DNA of 64,000 bases, taken from Callorhinchus milii. Taxonomy: Eukaryota. This document shows, piece after piece, positions 25,759 to 39,377 of the stretch. A model generated the notes under the pieces. That model searched no databases. It saw only the letters and a list, made by a program, of their open reading frames with translations, and was not told where the DNA came from. The stretch is taken from NCBI RefSeq assembly GCF_018977255.1, contig NW_024704742.1, forward strand, positions 9,674,001 through 9,738,000, in the 5' to 3' direction. Every line of letters starts with the position of its first letter. The stretch's first letter is position 1. Position numbers and translations under genes: made by a program.

Positions 25759-26100
25759 TGGAGTCCGATAGCCTAGTGGTTAGAGCACTCGCCTCGCAAG
25801 TGAGAAGACCTGGGTTCGATTCCCGGCAGGATGAAACATTGGGCAAGTTTCCTTATTCCACATGCCTCTGTTTACCTAGCAGTAAGTAGGAACCCGGTTG
25901 TTAATCGATTGGCAGATTGCTTTTCCGGGCATATTAATCCCTTCAAAAAAATAATAAAAATAAATTGGTCACTTCAATCCGCAACTGTTTGTGGGACACT
26001 GCTGTGCGCAATTGGCTGCCATGTTTTGCCTACAAAACATACAGTCAATTCCTTTTACAGTATATACTGTTAAGCGATTTGAGACAGCAAGGATTATTAT
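25759..26100 (+). mobile_element. tRNA-derived SINE, long subfamily
   Basis: Family head, body and tail. Confidence 0.87.
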
Positions 26101-26859
26101 TACTATCTCCAAATATATAGTCACTATGCATTGTAGGAAAATGGTTGTGAAGCGCTTTGAGTCGTAATGACAAGGTAAGGCTCTGTATCAAACACAGCAA
26201 TTATTATGTTAAAATAAACTTCATTTTATACAAAATAACATTTATGGCTGCTAATTTTTTACCCTCTTCTCCGTGTTTGGCTTACTTTTTTGTTCTACTG
26301 TTGCACGATTCGATTACACCCATCAGTACCTCACACAAGTGACTATTACTCACAATATGCGACTTGAGTGAATGCTGGCAGGTAATCCGACCAGAGGAGT
26401 ATCACAGCTGAGCCCAAACCTATCCTCACAACTTTCTAACAGGAATCTCTGGAGAGAGATCTGGGCCAGAAACTTTGACTGATTTTCTCTTCCATAACGC
26501 AGATGGGCTGAAGCTAATTGTAATCTCCTCTGAGATGAGTTAACTCACCACGCGATTGTGAAGCTGCAACTATTGTGCCTTTAATGTTCCTTCTCTGCAC
26601 GGAGTTCTCCATTTCACCTCCTAGGCCAATAACATTACTACTTATATTTGATATCCTTATGATATGTAGTACTCTTATGGCATCAAATGTTCCAAAGTGT
26701 TTCACACAGTGAGTTATGTTGAAGCGTAATGAACAGGTTTTTATCACCACAATATGCGGTTTTAACAAAATACAGGCTGGGAAATCAGCTGCCCACATCC
26801 AAGAGCAATGATATAGGTTGAGTAGGCCGATCAGCCGTGGGGTGGGCTGAAGAATATAT

Positions 26860-27200
26860 GAGGTCCTGTAGCTCAGTGGTTAGAGCACTCGCCTTGCAAG
26901 CGAGACCTGAGTTTGATTCCTGGACAAGGCAAAACTTTGGGCGAGTTTCTTTACTCCACACGCCTGTTTATCTAGTAGTGAGTAGGAACTCGGTTTTTAG
27001 TCAGTTGGTGGATTGCTTTTCCGGGGGTAATAATCACTTTGAAAAATGTGATCACTCAAACCTCGATGGTTCGTGGGACACTGCTGTGTGCAATTGGCTG
27101 CCATATTTCACCCACAAAATATATACAGTTAATTCACTTTACAGCATTTTCTATGAAGCGCTTTGAGAACTCTCTAAGGATGAATCAAATGCAATGATTA
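26860..27200 (+). mobile_element. tRNA-derived SINE, long subfamily
   Basis: Family head, body and tail. Confidence 0.82.
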
Positions 27201-29184
27201 GTATTAGATTATTATTTTCTGGACTGCTCGTAAAGAGAAGAAAGTTTCTCCCCACTTCCCGGCCAACAATCCTCCAGCTAAAGTTGGTCCTTTATTTCAT
27301 GCCTGTATGTGGGATGTTGCCGTGTGCAAGTGGGCTGCCTTGTCTGCCATAAAATACACAGGTTTACAGTGAACCCTTTGAAGTGCTTTGAGGCATCCTC
27401 CTAAAGTTAAAGCATTATATTAAATGCAAGGATTATTCTTCTAATAATAATCCTTGTATTTGATATAGTGCCTCATCACTTCATTAAAATGTCTCAAAGC
27501 AAATTTTAATGATTATTAGTAGGTGAGCACAGCAGCCAATTTACACACAGCAATGTTCCACAAACAGCCTTGTTTACCACATATAGTAATATTTTATATC
27601 AGTGTATAAATTATACTACACGGAATGAATGGTAGGTTTAGTTTCAATGTGCCTTGCTCCCAGGATATACAATGAGACACACACTTTAGCTCAGCCACCA
27701 TGAACAATGTGTCATTGTTATTAATGACTAATTCAACAGCACGAAGATCTCCAAAGACCTCCTGAACATACTTACATTTAACACGACACCTTCCACAGGC
27801 TGATTTCTGATTGGGCTTAACTCCAAACCAATTAGAGCTAAGTTTGAATTACATACAGCACAAAAAAAATTAATATGAGGAAGCAATACTGACAATATTC
27901 CTTGCATTTGATATTGCACCTTCCATTGTAAGTTGTAATGACTGTATTTTATTAGCAAAATTATTTATTGAGCCAAAACATCTCAAGCCAGATTTGGTTC
28001 CTAGCAGTAAGCAGGAATACAGTTGTTAGTCGATTGGCGGATTTTTTTTCCAGGGGTAATAATTCCTTCAAAAAAAATTGGTCACTTCAATCCACTACTG
28101 TTTGTGGGACACTGCTGTGCACAATTGGCTTCCGTATTTCGCCCAGAAAATATAGTTAATTCACTTTACAGTATATTCTGTGAAGCGCTTTGAAACATCT
28201 CAAAGACTTGATAAGGCGTTATATGAAATGCAAGGATTATTATTATTATTTGTTTGTTCAGTTGGAATGATAGAGCTCCATAAACTAGTCAAAATGAGAA
28301 AAAAAGTGTCCAAGCCAACAACCCTCTAGATTTCTTATTCACCATATTGCTTTCTGTAGGACCTTGCTAGCAACTACACAACCTACACTGTAACAAGTGA
28401 CATAGCTGCTTTATTTGCGTACAGAAAATACATCAAAATAATTGCCTGGCAAATGCTTTACAACATTTTGACATGTTGAAGGTGTATGAAAGAGTCTGTT
28501 CTTTATGAAAATAAAATGGTTTGATTCACTGGAATTATAAACTTGAATGAAATTTATGCACAAATCTGTTGTACATCATTTCACTTTACTTTGCAGTCAT
28601 CCTATTATTACAGATTAGCAATAATAAAGCAAAATTGCATTTGACAGATTTCTTCAACAATCTTGCAGTTTTGTTTTTTAAATTATCAATTACATCTTAA
28701 GGACATTTGATTGCAAATCAAAATCTTACTAATTACTAATCTCAGATAGATCACTGGTAAGGCTGTATTTGGAATATTACACGCAGTTTGGGACATAATA
28801 ATAATCCTTGAATTTGATATAGCGCCTTATCACGTCTTTGAGACATCACAAAGCCCTTCACAGAATATACTGTAAAGTGAATTGACTGTATATTTTGTGG
28901 GTGAAATTTATCTTCAATTGAACTTTGAAAGCATTGGAAAGTTGAGAGATGTACCACACAAATTACATGGTGATTTCAACATAGGATGGACTTTTCTACC
29001 GAAAGCACTTAACAAAGAATGATAGAAAGCACCGGTCAGGGAGAATTAAAACATTACTGTGCATGGGACTTTGTGCCCTGCAAACAGCGAAGCAAGGATG
29101 CAAGGACTATAATTATTATTTTTCTAAGTCTTCTGGAGATAGAAGATGTTTAAGAGGAAACAATAATAATAATCCTTGCATTTA

Positions 29185-29560
29185 GCCTCCCAGGACTCTG
29201 TCCTTGGCCCTCTCCTCTTTAATATCTACGTGTTCCCCCTTGGTGACATCATCCGCAGACATGGGGTTAACTTCCATATGTATGCGGATGACACCCAACC
29301 CTATCTTTCTGCCTCCACCCTGAACTCCAGGACCACTGCTGTCCTGACAGACTGTCTGTCGGACATCAAGTCCTGGATGAGGGCAAATTTCCTACAGTTG
29401 AATGTGAACAAGACTGAGGCCCTCCTGATTGGTTCGCACCAGCGCCTCTGCACCTCAGCCTCTGGCAACATCAACCTCCATAGTTGCACATTACAACTCA
29501 CCAGTCAGGAACCTCAGTGTCTTGTTCAACTCTCAACTGTCTTTTCTTCCCCACATTCAA
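29185..29560 (+). mobile_element. L2 RT fragment
   Basis: SVLGPLLF...YADDTQPY...[11 protein letters not shown]; similar to 2790-3150. Confidence 0.88.
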
Positions 29561-30619
29561 GCCATGGTCCCTGTGATTGTCTCACCGGAGCGTTGCGTTT
29601 GCTGCTTTAAGTTCAGTAAGTCTTCATGTAGTGAAAGGACCTCTTCACTCTCCACATGATCAGGCATCCCTCACCCCCTCCGTATGACAAGATGACGCTG
29701 TTTCTTCTCTCAGTCCCTCCCCCCCACCCCCCTGCCACGCGTGATGGCATTGAGGTTATGCCCCGGAAAGGAAGGTGCAGAGAGCGATGGGGTGCTCATG
29801 TGCGGTGTTCAGTTGGAGGAAATTAAGTTTTGATCCAGCAGCCGGTTAGTGAGGTAGTGGTAAATTCAGTAGCGGGATTACGAGTTGCGTGATTTTCCAT
29901 ATGGCTAGTGCAGATAAATTTAAGTGGATTTAATAGGAAACTCAAAGGCACTTGGGCAGATGTAATAATAATGATAATAATAATCCTTGCATTTGATATA
30001 GCGCTTTTCATCTTTTCTAGATGTCTCAAAGCTCTTCACAGAATATACTATAAAGTGAAGCGACTATATTTGTGGGCAAAACTCAGCAGCCAATTGCGCA
30101 CAGCAATGTCCCACAAACAGTCGTGGATTGAAATGACCAATTTTTTTTNGAAGGATTATTATCAGGCGTGTGAGTAAGGAAACTTGCGACTTAAGACGAG
30201 CATACAATGCATACAAATCCGAATTCTGCGCGTTTTCCCGTACTAAATAATCCCAAAATACCAGTGTTCTGTCTTTTAAAGATTTAAATCCAAGAAAGGA
30301 CACAGCATTTGTGAAGATAAAAATTAGTTTTAATAATAAATCCAGACATCATTACAAAGTTGTTCTTTAAAATACATTGTGCAAAAATTGCATATCCTAT
30401 ATTAAAATACTACGTAAACAGAATATGTTAATACATACAGTGTAATTAAGGAGAACTTTTAGCAGCATAGGTAGAATATGTTTCTATGGCATTTCTTTGT
30501 TGAAATACCCATTACTCTATTCAGGAAAAGCAACAATTTGTCTGTATTATTGTTGCATGTATCACCATGATTTCAATACATTCTTTTGAATGTTCTGAAG
30601 CGATTCAGGCTAGCGAGCA

Positions 30620-30880
30620 TAGTACTCACCGCGCAAGAGAGAGAATCTGGGTTCAATTCCCGGCAGGGTGAAACGTTGGGCAAGTTTCCTTACTCCACAC
30701 GCCTCTGTTTACCTAGCAATAAGCAGGAATCTGGTTGTTAGTCGATTGGTGGATTGCTTTTCTGGGGTTAATAATCCCTTCAAAAAAAAATTGGTCACTT
30801 CAATCCACAACTGTTTGAACACTACTGTGCACAATTGGCTGTCGCGTTTCACCCACAAAATATACAATCAAGTCACTTTA
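30620..30880 (+). mobile_element. tRNA-derived SINE, long subfamily, interrupted by L2/CR1 pieces
   Basis: Body stops at CACTTTACA (30880); a matching tail resumes near 31754-31835. Confidence 0.75.
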
Positions 30881-31415
30881 CAACAACAACTTGCACTTAT
30901 AAAGCGCCCTGCACGCAGGGTAGCAGCTCAGGTCACTTAACAGTGGCTGGCTCCGAGCCGGGGGGGGGGGGGAGAGGTGCTTGTAAGCACAGTTGAACAG
31001 GAAAGTTTTCAGGCGGGACTTGAAAAAGGGGAGGGGAGCAAGTTGGAGGGATTCAGGGAGAGTGTTCCAGAGTTTCGGGGCATAGCGGCTGAAAGCATAA
31101 TTTTGGATGGTGCGATGGTGCAGCAGAGGGTGCAAGGGTCAAGCAGGAGGCCGGTGCCAGTCGAGCGGAGGCGCCAGGTGGAGCATTGGGGAGTGAGGAA
31201 ATCGGAGAGGGAGGAAGGTGCCAGAGAGTGAAGGAATTTGAACACAAGAGTGAGGATCTTGAAGTCGATCCATTCGGTGATGGAGAACCAGTGGAGCCTG
31301 GCCAGAACTGCTGAGATGTGGTTATGGAGTTTGGTTCGGGTCACTATGCAGGCGGCAGAGTTCTGAATTACCTGGATCTTTTAAATAATGAAGCTGGGGA
31401 GACCGGCGAGGAGTG
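30881..31415 (-). mobile_element. L2 3' fragment with tail
   Basis: LARLHWF...IDFKILTL...APKLWNTLP; (CAA)n tail on the plus strand at 30881. Confidence 0.85.
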
Positions 31416-34127
31416 AATCATAGAATCATCATAGAATTATACAGCACAGAAGGAGGCCATTTGGCCCATCATGCCTGTGCCGGCTCTTTGAAAAGAGTTT
31501 CCAATTCAATCCCAATCCCCACTTTCTCCCCATTAGCCTGCAAACCTGTCCTCCCCAAATAATTATCTGCTTTTTCTTAAACGTTGTTCTTGAATCGGCT
31601 TCCGAGGGTCTTGAAGAGGGAGTGGAGGGAGAGGTGTGACCGAAGTGGACCTGCAACAATGTGTTGGCAAGTAAGGGTAGGTTGGAAATGGAATGGTAGT
31701 GCGAGAGAATAGAGGAATCGAGGATAGGTTTTTTGAGATTATCACACTGGTTGCACTTTACAGTATGTTCTGTGAAGCGCTTTGAGACGTCGCGAGGATG
31801 TGATAAGGCGATAAACACGAAGATTATTATTATTATACCTGGTTTGAACATCACACAAACTACGGGAGATCAATGGCATTTTGTATTACATAATCATGAA
31901 CTATTTCAAGTGCGGTAGTGTAAATATTGCTAGGAAACTAAAGTGCCAAGACATTCGCACTTAAATTACAAACATGCTGATCTTATTTGACATCCAGTCG
32001 ACCATTTCACTGGCTTGTGCACAAGCTACTTTGTAAATGTCAGTAATTGTTCACATTATAATAAAAACAGTCTAAAGGAGTTGTAGCAGAAAGTAGGCCA
32101 CGTCTGTGCATTCTTACTGCAAGCAATTCTGTTCTCAAAAAGTAAATGGAGAGGAAACCAAATCAAAATCGGATGCTCCTTGATTGATGTTATGCTTGAA
32201 CGTAACTGAAGATCTGATTGAATAGACTTTGATTTTTGACCTACACTAATTACAAAATCTAACCTCCATCAAACATTACCGATAAATACAGCAGCTTGCT
32301 TAATATTAATCATTTATTACACTGTGGTAAGGTCTCTCATCTGTGAAAGCCTCAGTTAGAACTATTATTATAGCTAGTAATATTAAAGCACTTCATTATA
32401 TTGTGTTACAGGAGGAGAATTTTTCTCCTTCCAATTCAACCTGAAAAGTGACAAGGATTTAAGTGAATTGATAAGATAGGTCAGCAATTCATCACTGCCT
32501 TTGATTTATTTGTGTTGCCATTGCGTATTTGCAGTTCCAAGTTTAGGTTGTGTGATTGACTTTTAGGATGCTGCTCCAAACAGGACTTGTGCTGTAATGA
32601 ACCAGCATTTGGAATATGTAATTAACGCTACACATTTTCACTCCCAATATTGCATACTTTCACCAGAAGTTAAATGGTCAGTCTATTTGGACGTTAGTAT
32701 GGTTATCCTTAAGAACAATTTAAACATGGATTAATATTTGTTAGGTCAGGGTATTAAGGGATACGGGGCAAGGGCAGAAAATTGGACTTGAGGTACAGAT
32801 CACCCATGATCTTAAAGAACGGGCTCGAGGGGCTGAATGGCCTATGCCTGTTTCTATGTAATAGTTGGGTAGCTTTTCAAAAACACAATAAATAGAAAAT
32901 GCAAACGCAGCATTTTTCATACCAATTTAGTTCTACCTGGTGAAAAATGGGCCGTTAGAAATTGATTGAGGTTGTCCACACTCAAATAGTTTAGAAACCC
33001 TACAATCGGCAGAGATAGGTTTGCATCCCACAAGGAGTAGAAGTTGTAACCAAACTTAAATCCAAGAGGTAAACATATAGTGCCGCAGTCTACAAGTCTG
33101 CCAAGTGTGACTGTATAGTACAATATCAAAACCAGAGCTAACTTCAGTACAAATTAGTACCTATAGTTCTTCAACCTTCCTCTCTTCTTATCCTAGCTCA
33201 GCATTCAATCCTAGCACTGTGAAGCGCACCAGAGACATTATCCCAAGTGATGGGCTCTATATAAATGCAAGTTGTTGTTGTTGTAGGCACTAAACTGAAC
33301 ATTCAACTCACCCCCATGATGAAGAAAAGCTCTTGAATATTAGTAATAATAATCCTTGCATTTGATATAGCACCTCATCACATCATTGAGATGTCCCAAA
33401 ATGCTTCACAGGAAGGATTTTTACAGGAAGTGTATTTTGTGGGCATTAAACTTCAAAAACCTTACATTAATTCAGTGGTGAAAACATCACCCATCCTCTC
33501 TCTCTCTCCTACCCCCATCCTATCTTTCCACTGTTGAAATAAGGATTTACTATGTCCCAACCATACATTAATGTTTTGATCCCAAATGAATGATATAAAA
33601 TTATTTTCATCCATTTAAACCTCGTATTAAATAAGCAGCCTAATGAGGAAACAAACCTCCTGTGCATGAGAAAAGATTACTAGTTCCAAATTGCATTCAG
33701 CTACCAGCAAGAGGGCAGTTATATTCCCACTGCAACATCACACAGCGGCAGAAGTCGCTCTACAAGAGCAGGCAGGTGCACAGTGTCATTTAATGCTTTC
33801 ACCACTTGTAAGAAATCTTAAGATTTCATTTGATCTGGTCAGGAATCCAGTTCTTTTAGTACTGCAGAAAACATTCAATAATATTCCCACTGATGCTCGC
33901 TTTCTGGATCACAACATTGTTTGGAAGTGTTTAAGGAACGGTCACATAGTAACATTCACAGATGAAATTAAAAAAGAAAAAATTGAGGGGGTTGGGGATG
34001 GAGCAGAGAGTTGGATCAGTCGGGAGTCTGGCACAGGTGGAAACCCATCACCACATTTAAGAGTATTCAAACCAGACAGAGATCCACAAATGCCACCTGA
34101 GTGTGAAAATGTCCCTACATCTTCAAC

Positions 34128-34345
34128 GGAATGTATACTTTCTCCCTGAAGGGATGCATCCCACTTACCTAATCCTGGAGTGTATGAGGCACAGGTTGGC
34201 AAGACCCAAGCCTTGGAAACTCCAGAATGCGTGTTGGGGTAATTGCTGGAGTTTAAGCGGCTAAAACTCCATAGCTTGTCATTTCAATCACTGATGAGCT
34301 TTCCCAATGCTTGTCCAAGTAGGACCACCCAAGCCATCAGGGTTT
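34128..34345 (-). repeat. Unclassified dispersed repeat downstream of the FUT10 stop codon
   Basis: Aligns by eye to 39190-39377 (CTCCCTG.AGGGATG.ATCC.ACTTACCTAAT...CAGGTTGGCAAGA.CCAAG.CTTGG...GTTGGGGTAA.TGCTGGAGT). Confidence 0.75.
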
Positions 34346-34606
34346 TCACTTACAGGACTAACAGGAGCTGAGTCCACTCCTGCCCACCACTAAGATGATC
34401 TGCCTCTTGAAGTCCTGCAGATGAGCCAGGCAGGGCTGTGCTGTCATCAGCCGTGCCCCGGAATTCTGCAGACTAGAGACCATCACAGGGGTGATTCTGA
34501 TAAGGCAAGTCCAGTTCTGAGAAGACCCCGCTTACCTTCTCCCCTCCCCCCCACTCACTCCCCATTGTTCTCGTTGAATAGAAATAAATTATTGAGCCCA
34601 GCAACA

Positions 34607-34831
34607 TTAGTGTTTAAACACCATTTTCCAAAACATTTCCGTGGTGAAGTTTTGATTGCGGTCCACTAAGCTTCTCAAAGCTGTGGCTTCTCTTCTGGAC
34701 TGCTGGAAACTCGGTACCCAGAGGTCTCTCAGGGCGTCCCACCCGGCCAAGGGTGGTGAGAAGGTGAAGGCTTCTGGTGCTGGACAGCTCAGGTGATTGG
34801 CTTCTGCCCGCCACAGGACTGGCGGCAGCAT
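34607..34831 (-). CDS. FUT10: FUT10 terminal coding exon
   Basis: Acceptor TGTTAACAG|ATG, phase 0. Encodes LPPVLWRAEANHLSCPAP...LRDLWVPSFQQSRREATALRSLVDRNQNFTTEMFWKMVFKH then TAA, matching the FUT10 C-terminus. Confidence 0.95.
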   Translation of the reverse strand: MLPPVLWRAEANHLSCPAPEAFTFSPPLAGWDALRDLWVPSFQQSRREATALRSLVDRNQNFTTEMFWKMVFKH

Positions 34832-35129
34832 CTGTTAACATAAGACAGGAAAACGTTTACGTCTCGGCATGCATCTCACCTTAAAGTACAAACAATTACA
34901 GAATATACTGTAAATTGAATTGACTGTATATTTTGTGGGCGAAACATGGCAGCCAATTGCGCACAGCAGTGTCCTACAAACAGTCGTGGATTGAGTGACA
35001 AATTTTTATTTTTTTGAAGGAAATATTATGTCCGAAAACCCCATTAAATGGGTTGTTAGCCCACCTCACAGTTTCGGCCACCTTTACTGCACAATTTCCA
35101 TTGTTAGACTTACCCTAACTTACCAGAGG

Positions 35130-35383
35130 GGAGATAAGGAGAATTATTTTTTACGCAGAGAGTTGTTACGGTCTGGAATGCACTGCCTGAAAGGAGGGTG
35201 GAAACAGATTCAATAACAACTTTCAATAAGGAATTAGATAAGTACTTGAAAGGGAAAAATTAGCAAGAATATGGGGAAAGAGCGGGGAAAGGAACTGATT
35301 GGGTAGCTCTTCCAAAGAGCCGGCACAGGCATGATGGGCCGAATGGCCTCTTTCTGTGCTGTAATATTCTGATTCTATGATTC
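35130..35383 (+). mobile_element. CR1 3' end in FUT10 intron 3
   Basis: Same tail as 36855-37315. Confidence 0.82.
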
Positions 35384-35669
35384 TGGAACAATTCAAGGCT
35401 AACAGCACTTTGCCACAATGTCCAAGAGAGTTGCCTTAAACTAAGGAGGTCGAATTGGTTCATTATTCCTCAATTTACAACTTAGAAACAACGCTGTCTC
35501 AAATAAGATGCAAGACAACCTCAGAAGCAATTTCTTTTAAAACATAATAATAATAATCCTTGCATTTGATATAGCGCTTTTCACGTCTTTTATGTATGTA
35601 TTTTATTTTTTAATTCTTTTTATTTTATGTATTGTCTTTTAGACATACATACATGAGGACACAACACAC

Positions 35670-36505
35670 CTTTTGTTTTCTTCTGATGTTCTGCCAAACA
35701 TGGTTACACACCATGCATTCGAAGGCATCGATGTAGTTGTCCTGGGTGATATCCTGGACTCCCCACTTGCGTTCTCTCATCGCTGTCAGCAGGTCATCAT
35801 TGGAGATTGTTCCTTTCCATTTCCACTCGAGGAAAGCCTCGTAGTCTCGATCGTCTCGATCCAATCGCATTATGTACTCAGCCAGATCTTTTGGGTGTGA
35901 AAAGTTCCTGACGAGTATTGCACTTCTATTGCTGGGAAGCCAATCGGCTATGTTTGAGGAGCCATAGTAGACCGGGACAACCCCCAGTTTCAAAGGCCTC
36001 CAGAACTTTTCGGTGATGTAATCATCACAGACCGCATTCTCAAAAGCAAGAATGAATTTGTACTGAGCCAGGATCTTGTGGAAGCCATCGTTATCCATGG
36101 TGGTGGGATCCCTGAGGTGTGCAGGAAGGTCCTTGTTGTGTAAACATTCTCCATAAGAGTCAACCTGGATATATTTCATCAGTTCCCGAATGTAGCTGTC
36201 CCGGTCTGACGGTGGGTCACAGTCTGACTGAACATACACCAATGGGGCCAGTTTGTCTCTCAAACGGTTCTTCTCGGACAGTGGGGTCAAGTACTGTTGC
36301 GATTTCAATGCCTCAATGCTCTCAAGATACTGGGTGGTCAAGGGCATGTGAGAATTACGACTGAACGTGGCTGTGTAATTAAACAGCGTAATGGTAGGCT
36401 CGTGGAAGAGTTTGTAATTATTTTTCGGGGACTCTTCATGGAAGAGGGCCCATTCATGTTGGGCTTGCCTGGGCAGTGGTAAGCTGTTTATAGGAAAGTC
36501 TGTGC
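35670..36505 (-). CDS. FUT10: FUT10 coding exon 3 (836 nt; GT10 catalytic core)
   Basis: Acceptor TTCCGAACAG|GC completes the split Gly codon; donor AAG|GTGTGT. Contains HEESPKNN, YVQSDCDPPSDRD and the GT10 motif YKFILAFENAVCDDYITEKFWRPLKLGVVPVYYG. Confidence 0.97.
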
Positions 36506-36854
36506 CTGTTCGGAAAGGGAAAAAATAAAAAGCAAATAAAACATTCATTAAAAGTGTTTAAAGCCCTAATTTCAAACTAACCCCCAAACCCCCACCCTCC
36601 ATCCACAAACATAGCACGAGTAGGGACAAAATTCATAGATTCAAATGACACAAAACTAACTTGTTTAAATTTCACCAACAAAATACACGCAGTCAAAACC
36701 ACTTTAGCATATTCTGTGAAGTGCTTTAAGACGCCTCGATGATGTGATAAGGCGCTATATCAAATGTAAAGGTCATTTATTTATTCATTTATTATTGAAT
36801 CAAACTGCTGTGAATTGGTTACTTTTCCAGGCAGTGAACAGATGGGACAAAAAC

Positions 36855-37315
36855 AAGAGCTGTAGTCAGAAGGCTGCTGTCGCTTGATGGTGAGATCCTT
36901 ATCGAAGAGAATCTGGGATTGTTCTCCTTAGAGCGGAGAAGGTTGAGGGGCGATTTAATAGAGGGGTTCAAAATTATGAGGCGATAGGGAGAAAATGTTT
37001 CCACTGGCAGGTGGGTCAGTAACCAGGGCACATAGATTTAAGATAATTGGCAAAAGAACCAGAGGGGAGATGAGCAGAATTTTTTTTACACAGGGAGTTG
37101 TTACAGTCTGGAATGCACTCCCTGAAGGGGTGGTGGAAACAGATTCAACAGCAACTTTCAAAAGGGAATTTGATAGGTTCTTGAAAAGGAAAAAATTGCA
37201 AGGATATGGGGAAAGAGCGCGGGTGTGTGACTGATTGAGTAGCTCTTCTAAAGAGCTGGCACAGGCACGATGGGCCAAATGGCCTCCTTCTGTGCTGAAA
37301 TATTCTATGATTCTA
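36855..37315 (+). mobile_element. CR1-clade LINE 3' end
   Basis: LFSLERRRLRGDLIE...TRAHRFKI...FFTQGVVTVWNALP; tail GGGCCAAATGGCCTCCTTCTGTGCTG...ATTCTATGATTCT. Confidence 0.88.
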
Positions 37316-38164
37316 AAAAGCAGCTGAATGTTTCATCTGGCATTTTTTGGTGACAGAATCATCAATTAGAATTAGTACACCAGGTATCATAATTTCCAGC
37401 AACAGCTTCTGAACACTGGAACAAACTTGCAGAAATCATATCCCAAATATTAGCAGTATCAATAACTCTCTGTGGCTTCAGCGTGGATTGACACGGATTG
37501 GTAGTAATGTGAAAAATTATTTCTCAAATGCTAAATTTAAACCACATAAAATTTGCAGTGTGCATAACGGAAAAAAAGATACATAAGAACATAAGAATTT
37601 GCTAGACAAAAGAAGACCGAGGTCCAACTAGTTCACTTTCCACCATCCTGGCAGTCGCTTGATAAGTCGTGTCCCAAACTATGTACTGTATCCTGAGATA
37701 TTATTTTCTAATAGAAATCTATCCAATTTGTTCTTGAAACAAACCATATTTTCTGCTTCCATTGTCTACCTAGGGAGCCTGCTCCAAACCTTTACTACTC
37801 ACTCCACCACAAGTTTTCTACACCATAAGTTTAATACCAGACAATAATTTCACTTCCCAGTAGACCAGTTTGGAGGAGTGATGGATACCTGAACTAAAAG
37901 TACAAAGCTATCAGGTGTACAATTCACATTTCAAGAGAACGATTGATTCCTTAATGTAAAAAGTAAACTACATGATATCAAAAGCTTCATTTGTAACACC
38001 ACAAGTACTCCAGAGATCAGTAGTTTGGGGACAGGAGAGGAGTTACAAATACCAGATACACTAAATCTGTACAATCACTGTTTTATTAAATTAAAACATC
38101 TCAAAGCACTTTTCAAATAATTGTGGTTAAGAGCCAAGCAGGAGAGACTTAATCTAGCTACACA

Positions 38165-38385
38165 ATCTGATTGGGGTCCCAAACCAGCACCTAATACTTT
38201 CCGGAATTAGGTAAGCAGGATGCGTCCATCAAGGGAGAAAGTGCGCATTCCATTCAGGCAATCTATCTCTGGGATTTCCATGTGTAGATGGGATGCATGG
38301 AATTCTCAGCTTGGTTTGGATACTCTTAAGCACAGTGATGGGTTTCCGCATGTGTCAGACACCCGGATGACCCCCCCCAAAAAAA
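38165..38385 (+). repeat. Unclassified dispersed repeat, 3' part
   Basis: TAATACTTTCCGGAATTAGGTAAG...CTCAGCTTGGTTTGGATACTC...TGTCAGACACCCGGATGACC, shared with four other loci. Confidence 0.8.
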
Positions 38386-39099
38386 CTGATGTTTCACAGA
38401 CAGTGACATGCGATCTTTAATTTCCTTCTCGACAGGCAGACGGACTCCCAGTTTAACATTATTTGAAAGACTGTTCCTCCTCCATACTAAACGACAACAT
38501 TTTTAAACGACAGCATTTGGCACTCTCTCCTCTCCTTGACAATAGCAAATTAAGTCCTGTTCACATTAACTTTGATTTTGCACAAGCCTAAATTACACAG
38601 TTGTGTGTACGTAATTGCTATCTACGATTAGGGAATAACCTTCACTTTTCCATTTGTTGTAAATTAGTCTTGTTGGCATCAGGCTCGATTCCTCCCCCAC
38701 CCCCGTCCCTCATTATACATCATCATCACAAACTATATTAACCAAATATGAAGTTCAACAGTCAACCCATTAAATACAATGATTCTGTGACCGGATACGT
38801 TTCCTGCCAGATTAACAAAGCAAAATACAATACATTTCGACAAACATAACAGCCCCACTAACAATTGGGGCGATGTTAAGGGGCCGATTCAGACGCTGTT
38901 AAGGCTTTGAATTAACACTAGCTATTTAACTTGGATTCAGAAATTAAACTGTTGTTTGGCTTCAGTTGTATCTCAGTTTATACTGCAGTCTCTTGGCAGG
39001 ATGTTTCTACTGCTGGTCTCTTGTGTGCTAACTTTACATAAATAACCTGACTTACACATTCTCATTGGTTTGCAATTTCACATTGATTTTTTTTTGTTA

Positions 39100-39377
39100 C
39101 CCATCACCATGCTTACAGAGTATCCAAACCAAGCTGAGATTTCCATGCATCCCACCTTCACTGGAAATCCCAGAGATAGATTGTTGGAATGGAATGTGCA
39201 CTCTCTCCCTGGAGGGATGTATCCTACTTACCTAATTCCGGAAAGTATTAGTCGCAGGTTGGCAAGAGCCAAGGCTTGGGGAGCCCAGAGTGTGCGTTGG
39301 GGTAACTGCTGGAGTCTAACCAGCTAAAACCACATAACTTTCCATTGATATTGCTATCCAGCAAGCTTTCCCATTGA
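39100..39377 (-). repeat. Unclassified dispersed repeat
   Basis: Reverse complement of 38165-38345 plus additional 5' sequence. Confidence 0.8.

Noticed and set aside
6985..30150. Isolated N bases (about 6985, 23767, 24096, 30149)
   Set aside because: All sit in homopolymer runs and reflect assembly ambiguity, not biology.
35625..36548. 307-aa ORF as a stand-alone gene
   Set aside because: It is FUT10 exon 3 read through into both flanking introns; splice sites define 35670-36505.
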